From: Squalus acanthias
Lineage: Eukaryota
Reading direction: 5' to 3'
NCBI GenBank assembly: GCA_030390025.1
Contig: CM059432.1
Location: 138,820,001 to 138,884,000, forward strand
Length of the DNA stretch: 64,000 bases
A program made the translations under genes and the position numbers. Positions 49,383 through 61,961 of the stretch are shown here, one piece after another. The notes below the pieces were generated by a model. That model made no database searches and was not told the origin of the DNA. It saw only the letters and a program-made list of their open reading frames with translations. Position 1 is the stretch's first letter. The number at the start of each line of letters is the position of its first letter.

Positions 49383-52300
49383 AACATAAGAAATAGGAGC
49401 AGGAGTAGGCCATAAGGCCCCTCGAGCCTGCTCCGCCATTCAATAAGATAATGGCTGATCATCGACCTCAACTCCACTTTCCTGCCCAATCTCCATATCC
49501 CTTGATTCCCCATGAGTCCAAAAGTCTATCTATCTCAGCCTTGAATATACTCAAAGACTCAGCATTCACAGAAATAAATACTTGCATTTATATAGTGCCT
49601 TTCACGAGCTCAGGACATCCCAAAGCGCTTTACAGCCAATGAAGTACTTTTTTAAAAAAGTGTAGTTACTGTTGTAATGTAGGAAATACTGGCAGCCAAA
49701 TTGCGCACAGCAAGGTCTCATGAACAGCAATGTTTGATGATGACCAGATAATCTGTTTTAGTGATGTTGGTTGAGGGATAAATATTGGCTCTGGTATAGA
49801 GTATTCCAAAGATTCACAACCTTCTGAGTGAAGAAATTCCTCCTCATCTCAGTCTTAAATGGCCGACCCCTTATCCTGAGACTATGCCCCCTAGTTTTAG
49901 ACACTCCAGCCAGGGGAAACAACCTCTCAGCATCTACCCTGTCAATCCCCTTCAGAATCTTGTATGTTTCAATGAGATCACCTCTCATTCTTCTAAACAC
50001 CAGAGAGTACAGGCCCATTCTACACAATCTCTCCTCATAGGACAGCCCTCTCATCCCAGGAATTAATCCAGTGAACCTTCGATGCACCGCCTCCAAGGCA
50101 AGTATACCCTTCCTTAGATATGGAGACCAAAACTGTGCACAGTACTCCAGGTGTGGCCTCACCAAGGCCCTGTACAATTGCAGCAAGACTTCCTTACTCT
50201 TATACTCCAACCCCCTTGCAATAAAGGCCAACATGCCATTTGCCTTCCTTATTGCTTGCTGTAACTGCATGCTAGCTTTCTGTGTTTCTTGGACAAGGAC
50301 ACCCAAATCTTCTGAACACCAACATTTGAAAGTTTCTCACCATTTAAAAAATATTCTGTTTTTCTATTCTTCCTACCAAAGTGAATAACCTCACATTTCC
50401 CTACATTATACTCCATCTGCCACCTTACTGCCCACTCACTTAGTCTATCTATATCCCTTTGCAGATTCTTTGAGTTCTCCTCACAGCTTACTGTCCCACC
50501 TAGCTTTGTATCGTCAGCAAACTTGGATACATTGCACTCAGTCCCTTCATCTAGGTCATTAATATAGATTGTAAATAGCCGAGGCCCCAGCACTGATCCT
50601 TGCGGCACCCCACTAGTTACAGCCTGCCAACCTAAAAAGACCCATTTATCCCTACTCTCTGTTTTCTGTCCGTTAACCAATCCTCTATCCATGCTACTAT
50701 ATTACCCCCAACCCCGTGAGCCCTAATCTTGTGTAATAACCTTTTATGTGGCAACTTATCGAATGCCTTTTGGAAATCCAAATATACTACATCCACTGGT
50801 TCCCCTTTATCTACCCTGCTAGTTACATTCTCAAAAACTCCCAATAAATTTGTCAAACACGATTTCCCTTTCATAAAACCACGTTGACTCTGCCTAATCA
50901 TGTTATGATTTTCTAAGTGCCCTGATACCACTTCCTTAACAATGGATTCTAGCATTTTCCCGACGACTGATGTCAGGCTAACTGGCCTGTAGTTGCCTGT
51001 TTTTTCTCTCCCTCCTTTCTTGAATAGCTGTGTTATATTTGTGACCTTCCAATCCACGGGGACCATTCTAGAATCTAGGGAATTTTGGAGGATCAAAACC
51101 AATGCATCCATTATCTCTTCAGCCACCTCTTTTAGAACCCTAGGATATAGGCCGTCAGGTCCAGGGGATTTGTCGGCTTTTAGTCCCATTAGTTTCTCTA
51201 GTACTTTTTCTCTACTTATATTAATTACGTTAAGTTCCTCATCCTCATCAGATCCTTGGTTCCCCACTATTTTTGGTATGCTTTTTGTGTCTTCTACTGT
51301 GAAGACAGATACAAAATATTTGTTTAACGTTTCTGCCATTTCTTTATTCCCCATAATAATTTCTCCTGTCTCAGTCTCTAAGGGACCAATGTTTACTTTT
51401 GCTACTCTCTTCCTTTTTACATACTTGTAGAAGCTTTTACAATCTGATTTTATATTTCTTGTGAGTTTTCTCTCATTCTATTTTTTCCCTTTTCATCAAT
51501 TTTTTGGTCATCCTTTGCTGGCTTCTGAAACTCTCCCAATCCTATGGCTTACTATTATTCTTTGCAACATTATAAGCTTCTTCTTTCAATCTAATGCTAT
51601 CCTTAACTTCTTTAGTTAGCCACAGTTGGATCACTTTTCCTGTGGAATTTTTGTTTCTCAATGGAATGTATTTTTGTTGAGAATTATGAAATATTTCTTT
51701 CAATGTTAGCCACTGCTTATCTACCACCATACTTTTTAATCTATTTTTCCGAACTACCTTAGCCAACTCGCCCCTCATACCTATTTAAGTTTAAGATTCT
51801 AGTTTCAGACTTAGGCAAGTCACTGTCAAAATTAATGTGAAATTCTATCATATTATGATCACTCTGCCCCAGAGGATCCTTTACTATGAGATTGCTAATT
51901 AACCCTGTCTCATTACACAGTACAAGATCTAAAATAGCCTGTTCCCTGGTTGGTTCCATGACATATTGTTCTAGGAAACTGTCCCGAATGCATCCCATGA
52001 ACTCGTCCTCCAGACTACGTTTGCCAATTTGATTTGTCCAGTCTATATGAAGATTAAAGTCCTCAAGATTATTGCATTACCTTTGTTGCAAGCTCCTACT
52101 ATTTCTTGATTAATATTCTGTCCAATGGTATAGCTACTGTTGGGGGGCCTATATACTACTCCTACCAGTGTTTTCTGGCCCTTGTTATTCCTTATCTCCA
52201 CCCATACTGATTCTACTTCTTGATCTTCCGAGCCGAGATCCTTATGTCATCCTTTATTATCAGGGCTACTCCCCATCCTTTTCCATTCTGCCTGTCTTTT

Positions 52301-53075
52301 CAAAACGTCAAGTACCCTGGAACATTTAGTTCCCAACCTTGGCCACCTTGCAACCATGTCTCTGTAATGGCTATTAGATCAAACCCATTTATCTCTATTT
52401 GTGCCACGAGTTCATCTATCTTGTTACAAATGCTTCCTGCATTCCGATAAAGAGCCTTTAATTTAAATTTTTTACCATTATTCCCTGCTTTGACCTTATT
52501 CTCTGCTGCACTGCTACCATTAAACTCTCTGTCCCTTCCTGTCACACTCTGCTTATTTTTACCCAAATCGCTACATTGCTCTATTGCTTTGACCTTTCTC
52601 TTTAGATTTCTAAATTTCCCCTCACCTGACCCCTCACCCCCTTTTTTAGTTTAAAGCCCTATCTACAACCCTAGTTATTCAATTCACCAGGATGCTGGAG
52701 CCCGTCCCGACAGAACAGCTCCCTCTTTCCCCAGTACTGGTGCCAATGCCCCATGAATTGAAACCCCTTTTTCCCACACCATTCTTTGAGCCACGCATTT
52801 AACTCGATGATCTGCTTTGACCCTATGCCAATTTGAGCATGGCTCAGGTAGTAATCGAGAGATTATTACCCTTGTGGTTCTGCTTATTAATTTAGACCCT
52901 AGCTCCTCAAACTCCCTCAGAAGAACCTCATTGTTAGTTTTACCTATGTCATTGGTTCCTACATGGACCACGACAACTGGATTCTCCCCCTCCCACTCCA
53001 AGTTCTTCTCCAGCCGCGAGGAGATATCCTTAACCCTGGCACCAGGCAGGCAACACAGCCTTCGGGACTCTCTTT
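49383..53075 (-). mobile_element. Long CR1 LINE with part of ORF1 (SGNH esterase-like), AP endonuclease and RT; disabled
   Basis: VVVVHVGTNDIG (52684..53001), NAGSICNK...IAITETWL (52300..52566), ILDLVL...SDHNMIEF, YLDFQKAFD, FADDTKLGG. 3' UTR at about 49383. Confidence 0.92.
49570..49789 (-). repeat. Inverted copy of 48667-48885 inserted into the CR1 3' region
   Basis: Matches the neighbouring SINE, including its private variants, except for one homopolymer base. Confidence 0.9.
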
Positions 53076-54007
53076 CGAAACATTATAGTGCTGGGGTTAC
53101 CCAGCATGTCATCAGCATCTGGGGGTGGGGGCGAGAGGTGGTTAACGTTTAGTCAGAACAGTCTTCTGGTGGGGGCTACATCCAGAGTACTGGCCTCTCT
53201 TTTCAAATGCAGGTGGATCTGCAGTGCTTTTCCAGCAATATGTCACATTCTCTACATTTACAGTTTTATTCCCCCCTCCATTTTCTTGCTTTTTTTGTTG
53301 TGTGCATCTTTCCCTCGCAGTTCCACTGACTTAGCTATTTGCATGCTCTTTTGTTCTTCTGTTGCCTCTTCATTGCCTCGCTGAGATGATCCTTTTCTAT
53401 CATCCATCAGTTTTCACCTCTTTCAAGCTTTTCAAGAAATTTGCTTGCTGAGCACTCAACCCATTAAATGCTCGGTGACAGGTGTCACCATTCCTGATTC
53501 TAGATGTCTACCTGCTGTTCCCTTTCCTACGCCTTTTGTTTTGTTGAGTCCCATTAAAGGCTGGCTTATCCTCCAATTTCCAGTTCTGATGAAGTATCTG
53601 CACCCAAAATACGTTAACCTGTCTATTCCATTTACAGATGCTGTGCACTTCCAATATTTTCTGTTTTATTTTAGATTTCCGACATTTGCAGTATTTTTTC
53701 CATTTCTAAGCAAAACTACGCTGTTTGTACTTAGAGGCTGCCCTTTAAAAAGACACTTTAAAAAAGCACATTCTAATATTTCTGAATTCACTAAAAATGT
53801 GCTTCGACTAATAATGAGGAAAAAGGGCTAGGTTCGAAATTTTATTCCAATTTGATCTAAATTAACCCATTGAGAAATCTGACAAACTCTAAAAATCTCT
53901 GGTATCTCATACAAGTCATTAGCAAAGTGTCCAACATTCCTCAGCTGAAATTTATGTACCCATTCCCCTCCCCCTGGAAAAATTCAGTTTTAAAAGAAAC
54001 CTGAATT

Positions 54008-54410
54008 TAGAATCATAGAATGATACAGCACAGGAGGAGGCCATTTGGCCCATCGTGCCTGTGCCGGCTCTTTGAAAGAGCTGTCCAATTAGTCCCACTC
54101 CCCTGCTCTTTCCCCATAATCCTGCAAATTCTTCCTTTTCCAAATCCCTTTTGAAAGTTACTATTGAATCTGCTTCCACCACCCTTTCAGTCAGTGCATT
54201 CCAGATCATAACAACTCACTGCGTAAAATAAATTCTCATCTCCCCTCTGGTTCTTTTGCCAATTACCTTAAATCTGTGTCCGCTGGTTAACAACCCTTCT
54301 GCCAGTGGAAACAGTTTCACCACATTTACTCTATCAAAACCCTTCATGATTTTGAACACCTCTATTAAGCCCCTTTTCTGCTCTAAGGAGAACAATCACA
54401 GCTTCTCGAG
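54008..54410 (-). mobile_element. CR1 3' fragment
   Basis: IWNALTERVVEADSI on the minus strand, with a tagaatca-type tail. Confidence 0.75.
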
Positions 54411-55246
54411 TCAACTTAGCCAAATTGGGATCCAGTTTAATTCAGATCATCTTGGATTTCTGACCTGAAACAATATTGACATCCTGAAAAGGACTAATCA
54501 CATGTTTAAAAGCAGAGTGTATTTCTACAACAAGGCTCTTGCACTATTTTTAAATTCAGCTTTAAGTGAAGCATGTTTATCAAATAGTGATAACTAACCC
54601 TAGTAGAAATGGAAGGTCACTAGAAAACAAGAAATATGTAAGAAATTTAAAACAAAAAACTGTGAAATTTTGAAATCTGAAATAAAAAGAGAATTTTGGA
54701 AATATACGGATCAGGCCGCGTCTGAAAGAGAACATTAGGTTAACATTTTGTTAATCCGTTCCTCTATTTCAGCTGCTGACAGAATTGAGTAAAGCCTGCC
54801 TGAGCATCAACTTAGTGCAGTTGTTTGTTTTTTAAAACTATCCATTTGATCAGCTTGGACTGAACATATCAAATTCAGCATTGACAGCATTTGTAACCTG
54901 AGCAGGAAACTCTCTCAAATAGAAGCGAAACCGTGCCTAAATTTAAGAATAATACATTCTTGTTGTTATCTTTCCACGTTTAAACACGTTTGTTTTTGAC
55001 ATGCAATTAAAAAAAAAATGCATTCTGAAATATCTTCCGCAAACAAATAATGAGATTAAACAGAAATGATCTGGGTTGCCAAACACCCTTAAAAAATGCA
55101 ATCTTTTGAGAAATTTAATTCCTAATTAAATGTGTAATTACTGATGCTGGTTATGTACTTTAATGGCAATGTATTTTTAATTTGAATAAACCTTTTCTCA
55201 TCACCTTTAATCTTTTTCACATCAACTGGCGTTTAATGAACTGTTA

Positions 55247-55432
<186 letters not shown>

Positions 55433-56417
55433 TTAGAATACCATACTACGAAAGATTTAATTTCAGAAGCATTTACCTATTGACCGAGTATGAAGACCAA
55501 TCATACATACTTTAAAAAAAAAAGCATATGTTCACAATCTCAAAACTCTTGATACTTGTATTATAAGGTGCAATGTTTTAAAAGTCACAGATTGCATATT
55601 TTTGCATCTTTCACCATAATATAGTACCAGCTCTCAATTAAATGGTCACGAATGGATTAACCTTTTAGTGGTCATGGATGCAGTTATGATTAGCATCTTA
55701 AAACGAACACATTTCAGAATTTTCCATCTTTCATCAGAGGACGAGAGTTTTTTTTATAGGAGAAAAAACAACTGGCAGAAAGACACAAGGCAGTGTAAGA
55801 ATTTCGAGGTTCTGAGGATATTATAAGCTACAAGAGTGAAATCCGAGTGGTTTAGCAGGTGGCCAGGGCGTCGCGGTTCAATTGCTAGCTTGTATTTGCC
55901 ACTCATTTATATCCTCTATAATAATACGAACATACAAACAATGACGGACATGAAGAGACCCACTGGTCTACCCAGTCTGTCCTACACTATTCTGATACCT
56001 TGCGCAGCACAATATACACACTCCCCACCCCTCTCAAAACCTGTGAGAGGTGATAAAGCAGATAAAAACCCAGGCCAATTTGGGGTTAAAAACAAAAAAT
56101 CTGGAAAATTCCTCTCCGACACGCTTCGGCGATCGAAACTAGTCCAGGACATCACTCTGGCCCTGTTCATTCTGTGGCATTTATTATTTCCGCTGATTGA
56201 AATGACTTTGGGTTCAAGTTTAGCAGTCTGGGTTTCTCACCAGCATTGTTCTGCTGCTATACAGGAAGATGAAGCTGTTCAGCATGACATAGGTGAAAGA
56301 ACGGTAAAGACAGGGCAATGTGCTGGTGTAGCAGATTGCAGCAAGAGCGTTGGGACACCTGCTCAACCCCAAACATTCCATTGAGTTTTTAATCTCAATC
56401 GCGCTGCTGTGGGGGAT

Positions 56418-56782
56418 TAGGGCTGCCAACTCTGGTTGGACGAATTCCTGACGGTTTCATCACATGACCTCCTGTCTCTCGCTGCCCCGTCCCCACCATT
56501 GGTCGGCCATCCTCGCGGCACCCTGCGTTCGCAAGCCAATTGAAGAACATTACCCAATTGGATGATTCCTACCTTGAGCCAAACAGCCCTTTCCCCATCT
56601 CCAATGTTTTTTTTATAACAAATAAGCGAAAGTGTTCAAAGAATTTTTTTTTTTTTTAAAGCACACAATTTTTTTTTAATGCCCCGATGATTTATCTCCT
56701 GGGTTTTCACGCTGCAGTGTCCAGGAGATCAATCTTCAATTCCTGGAGACTCCAGGGCAATCTTGGAGAGTTTGCAACCCTA
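56418..56782. mobile_element. hAT-like (Blackjack-type) MITE
   Basis: TIR tagggctgccaac / tttgcaacccta. Flanks tgggggat / tggggtgt. Opposite orientation to 6305-6571. Confidence 0.7.
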
Positions 56783-57545
56783 TGGGGTGTGGGGGGGGGG
56801 GGGGGGCAAACTCAGGAGAACTATTGTGCCCTGATCATCCTCACACACCTCTTGCCAGCCTGCTCAAACCAACATCGGTGGAGGCTTGAGTGCGGGTCAC
56901 TTCTCAACAGCCTAGTCTGCAATCAAGTGTGTAATCGAGGGAGACATGAAAAAAAAAAGTGGGATTTCATACACTCACTGAAAGAGAAAAATGACACTAA
57001 ATCCGAAGGTAGGCGACATTTGAATTTTTCCAGTAATACCATCTTTAGGACAGTGCAAAGGCAGGAAAACATAGCAAGTAATGTGTGCTTTATATTACTC
57101 TGCTCATCTTGCTTTACAATCGGCTTGTGTTTCTGCAGAGTATCATCTGACGAGAACGCGAAAGTTGCTACAAACCAGTTCGCGTATTCAAAATTAGGTA
57201 CATAAGGGCTTATATGTCCAGTAAGTTTGTTACAGAATTACCCATGCCCCTGTCACAGATCTGTACAGAACAAATCTCAGGATAATAATGTTTCTTTTCC
57301 CAGATTTAATTATCCTCCGATTTTTCCCATCAGCTGCTTTTTAAAAAAAATATATAAATCACAAGCATAGTGTATCTATTTCTACAAATCAGTTATTATG
57401 TCAATAACTTCACACCGAAGCAATTATCAGTCCGACTGCGCAGAAAACCCTCTTTGTTTTTTTTAATCTCCGAGCAGGTCATGATTGCAATTCTTCGTCT
57501 GTCTGGTCGGTGCTACTTTAAAAGAGGTGAACGACTTTAACTGAC

Positions 57546-57629
57546 CTGTGTGCTGTCGCCTGTGTTTGGTAAGAGCGTGGCGCGTTCCACCGGCAAATCC
57601 ACAGAGGTCACACAGAAACGACTTCTCCC
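57546..57629 (-). CDS. ZNF407: Internal coding exon (84 bp) of a C2H2 zinc-finger gene; (G)EKSFLCDLCGFAGGTRHALTKHRRQHT(G)
   Basis: Minus strand reads tgttgcaacag|GGGAGAAG...CACACAG|gtcag. Phase 1/1, one complete C2H2 finger with TGEK linker. Peptide matches my recollection of ZNF407. Not in the ORF track. Confidence 0.93.
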
Positions 57630-58311
57630 CTGTTGCAACAATAAACAGATAAGGGGACCGTGGAGGTCACAGATCATTAAAACATATCTATCAAGACTTT
57701 CAGGGTTACTAATTCCTCCAATCAAATGTTTCCATGTAAATATGTCAAATGGGAATGAAATTACCACTGCAGTTTATTGACTGTGATAAAATCTGGAAAG
57801 CACCACTGAACATAATTACATAGTTGTCAGACCCATAAAAATTAGCTTTAATATCAATGGGATGGTTTCGTACAACTTCATTTCGGTTAGATGTCTTCCA
57901 GATGGGGATGCTTTATGCACTTGAACAGTTTTTATGCATATCCTGCTTCTTCTCCCCTCAATTCCCACAGACCCAGTCACTCAGTGTTGACTCGTCCGTC
58001 TACAACGGCAGGTTGAAGTAATAGAAAGGTTTTTTAAGCAGCAGTTATCGGATGCACAGACTGTTCAAGAGTAGAGGGGGAGAAAAAAAAGCCTTAAGCT
58101 TTTACCTGAAGCCACCTCCCAATGGTACCTTTGAGAATGCTGTAACTAAGACTAATACATTAATAAGAAGGTGTAACAACAGAGAGCACACCGAAACCAC
58201 TTATCAATATTATTGATTGATTTATAAATCGAAAGCAAGATACTGTGGATGCTGGAAATCTAAAATAAAAACAGAAAATACTGGAAATACTCAGCAGCAT
58301 CTGTAAAACAG

Positions 58312-58348
58312 AGTTTACATTTCAGGTCGATGACCTTTCATCAGAACT
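58312..58348 (-). ncRNA. Minimal hammerhead ribozyme motif, sense to the host pre-mRNA
   Basis: AGUU-CUGAUGA-a-AGGUC(auc)GACCU-GAAA-U-GUA-AACU. Core intact but the stem III palindrome is lost. Confidence 0.55.
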
Positions 58349-58514
58349 GGAAAAAGTTAGAGATGTAACAGGTTTTAAGCAATTACAGAGACGGTGGCTG
58401 GGGTGGGGGGGTGGGGGGCGGAGGAAAGAACCAAAGAGAAGGTCTGTGATAGAGTGAAAGGCAGGAGAGATTAAATGACAAAAGGTATGATGGTGCAAGG
58501 CCTTTAAAACCTGT

Positions 58515-59655
58515 TGAAGGGATAATTACTAGTCCTAGCCCCTTTAGGGCTACCCCAGATCAGGCGTATTCCTCAGACGTTCACTTTCAACTAAAGTTTG
58601 AGGTAGCCGAATCCTAAAGACACTTAATTGGGTCTAAAGTTCTGGACTATCTCTCCCTAAAGGAAAGGAACAACCTGAAAATGTTACCGTCCTCCAGATA
58701 GCACTTTTAATAAGTTTAGCTAGACTGTAACGTTCCGGATACAATGAGGGTCCGGAAAACTCCCCCAGAATTCTGCAACTCCTCACCAAAGAGTGTACAG
58801 AGATTGAGTTTGCGAGTTTGATACAGAAGTCTTATGTGAGACAATTCTAAAAAAATATAGATTTATTAAAGAACCGACATGCCGTTTACAGTTGGTGAGT
58901 CAATCGCAACATTAACAGTTCCAAAAAGAGAAAGCTTACAATTCTATTATCAGAGAACCTTACGCTCACATCTTAACTTCGCTACAGTTTTACAGTTCTT
59001 AGTTTTATTCAGGATATCCACCAAAATCAAATACCTTTGATCCCTGAGGTACAAAGAGTTGGAGACTTACAGAGCCGCCTCTGAAGCCGAGAATCGCCTT
59101 GCCCCTTTAAAGCGAGTCTGTTATCCCATTTGAGAGTTCAATATTTATACCCTTTTCCAGCGGTATTTCCTTTAAGGTTTTCTGCTGATGTAAGCTAATT
59201 ATCTCTAGTCATTTTTCTGCTGACCCCTGCAATTCTTACAGTCACCTCAGCTGGTAGCATTACAGAATTATGTCTCTTCTCTAGGTGTTCTAAGTTTACC
59301 ATAAAAAACGGTGTAACGGCAGGTGTGCTTTACTTGATGTCATTTTTACGAAGGCAGATGTTTCTTACTTTTATGTGCCTTTCCACGAAGTGTAAATTAG
59401 AACACCTTGTACAGGGTGAACCATTGTTTGATTCCGAAAGGTTCAGACGACCGGAGCCTTTAACCTTCTGTTTCAATAAGGTTATTGATTCAGTGTCAAC
59501 AACTATCTTATCTCTATAGCCAGAATGCTTTCACAGCTTTTTCATAGTTAGGTTTCTAGATTTCCAGACCCAGTTTGTCATGTTTTAATAAGGCCAGAAT
59601 TCTTTCATAGAATGGTGTATTTTTCTGAATAGGTTATATGGCTTATTCCTTCACA
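58515..59655 (-). mobile_element. Probable solo LTR (1,141 bp)
   Basis: Exact 4-bp TSD ctgt (58511-14 and 59656-59). TG...CA ends with a short IR tgaagggataa / ttattccttca. Minus-strand TATAAA (59144-49) followed by AATAAA (59004-09 and 58862-67). No ORF. Confidence 0.7.
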
Positions 59656-59678
59656 CTGTTACATCTCTAACTTTTTCC

Positions 59679-59715
59679 AGTTCTGATGAAAGGTCATCGA
59701 CCTGAAACGTTAACT
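59679..59715 (+). ncRNA. Minimal type I hammerhead ribozyme motif in the Penelope terminal repeat
   Basis: AGUU-CUGAUGA-a-AGGUC(auc)GACCU-GAAA-C-GUU-AACU, with a palindromic AACGUU stem III. Confidence 0.7.
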
Positions 59716-59717
59716 CT

Positions 59718-61450
59718 GGCTGGGATTTTACTAACCTTGGCGGGTCCGGGGCGGGCAATGTCGGTGGCGGGTTGTGGCCCCGCTGCTGGCTCCATCCTGC
59801 TCTGTGAAGTGACTATCCCCAATTGGGCTTGTTAAGTCCACCAAGCGCATTTCACGGGCCAATTAGAGGAAGCGGGTCTGATGACGTCATTTGATAACGC
59901 GTCATCAGCCGGTTTCCTTAAAGGGACCATGGCCAATTTCATTTTGGCATTTGTGCGGTCAGTGCTGAGGTGCTGCAAACACTGACGAGCACTGCACAGA
60001 GGTGCACGGCTGCACCCAGGCTCTCCCATGACTCCTTCCATATGCTTATGGAGGGAGTCACTGCACGCAGGGAGGTTCTCTTCCCTTCCGATGGGCGGAA
60101 GAGACTTCCCAGGAGATCAACACAGCCTGGTTGCACATTGCAGAGGAAGGCACAAGCAGGGATGTGGTCAGGAGGACCTGGGTGAAGTGCCGCAAACATT
60201 TCAATGATCTCAGTAGATCACAAAACGTTACTGCAAAGCCACACTCAACCTCATCCTGCTGTGGCAACCATCACATCCCATCACTCTGCCTTCCCTACCC
60301 TACTCCTGCACATCCTTACTCACACCAACTTACCTTGCACCTCCACCCATCCCTCTCTATCGACATTATCACATCCCCATCTCACTAGCCACCCCTCACA
60401 CTCATCCTCATCCTAGTCTAATCATACCAACTAACAACACACAAGGGTAGGCACTTGGGTGTTTTATGCAATGTTCATGTAAAGTTTCTGTTAATGTGGT
60501 GTCAAACATTGAAATCTTTATTTTCAATACTCTGCATTTTGGACAGATTTGTGTGCACCTTTGGAAGTGGCTTAGTGAGTTGCAGTGAATGGTGAGACAT
60601 AACGGTATCCCCCGCAATGGTGATGAGTGTGAAAGGAATGGCTTGGGCATTGTAGGGATGCTTTATGGTGTTGGTGTGGGGTGGTGCCAACCTGGCGCAT
60701 CATGTGGCAGCCACGGTGTACAGCGTCAAGTGAAGTAAATTTGGCCATGGTGAGGCCATCCCTGGCTTCCCGGGCAGCAATGTGGTCCGGGTGCTGATGC
60801 CCTCTGTCCTGTGCAGCATCAGGTGATTGCGGAGAAGGTTGGTGGTGTTGTTGGTGCTGCTGGTGTGCCTGGTGATGCTGGTTTTGGGGCTGATCGTGGT
60901 GGGATTCTGGGGACCAAGGTGAGAGAGTATAAAGTGCACCCATGCTGATGGAATAGATGGCAGGTGAAGTCGAGATGACAGAAGCGATCTGTCAATGGTG
61001 AGAGAGGTAATGAGGTCAGACTGGATGGAGACTTGTGTAAAGACTTGCAGCATTGTGAAACTGTTGTGGGAATGCAGTGAGGAAGAGCTTGTGTTTGAGG
61101 GAAGATATCTCTGTAAGGTGGGAGCTTTTACCATACATCTGAAGCTGTCAACTCAACAGCTGATTCAATGGCCACTGAACTCCTGCCTCAGCTTGACAGA
61201 CGTAATCTCCGAGCAGCGAGGGCCCCGTGGGCGAGCACATAAAATCAAAAGGTGAGCTCAAATGTATTCTTAATGATCTCTCAATAAGGTCATAATTACC
61301 TGAATTGGGTCCCCCGCCGCTGCGTGTCGGGTCTGCTCCGCGTTGACAGACCCGACATTGGGTTCACAGCGGGTTCCCTGGGGGAAAAAAAACACTTTCC
61401 CACCCGACCCACCACCAATCGCGCCCGCTGACCCCCGGAAAATCTCGGCT
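59718..61450. mobile_element. Harbinger-like element with a frameshifted Myb/SANT-like ORF and a transposase remnant
   Basis: TSD tct (59715-17 and 61451-53). TIR ggctgggatttt / aaaatctcggct. Peptides EVLFPSDGRKR and RRTWVKCRKHFNDL. Confidence 0.8.
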
Positions 61451-61961
61451 TCTGTTTTGCTCGCCACAGATGCTGTCTGGCCTGCTGAGTGTTTCCAGCA
61501 TTTTCTGGATCTGTGAATCGAGTTGTCTGGTGTTAGTTAAGTGAGCACATAAGGAATCTAGTTTTGAACCTCTTGCCATTCCCCGATTTTTTTTCCCTTC
61601 ACGTTGTTCTGATAGAACTACCCCAGCCCACTCCACCCATCTGTGTAAACTTCTAGCTTATGTTAAGTGTATTTCAGATATGTAAAAAAAAACTCCTACA
61701 TCCAAACCTGTTTCTGCACACATTCTGCACCTTGGGCTGTTTTCAAAACCTTAAAATTCTGGACATTGTCAATCAGTGAAAGGAAAACAACCCCAAGATT
61801 TTTTTTTATAAAACGTGCTGTAAATTTATCTGAAAATGAAATCACACTTGTTTTTTGCAGTTAAAAATGATGATCCATTCTGGAATACATCCACAAGCTG
61901 AACATATGTGAACTTCTGACAAGCGGACCAATGTGAGGACAACAAATGCAATTCAAGTATT

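Larger units (their letters stand above)
58233..61510. mobile_element. Inverted pair of Penelope-like terminal repeats, split by two later insertions
   Basis: Minus arm 58233-58500. The plus arm is in three pieces: 58504-58514, 59656-59717 and 61451-61510. Confidence 0.75.
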
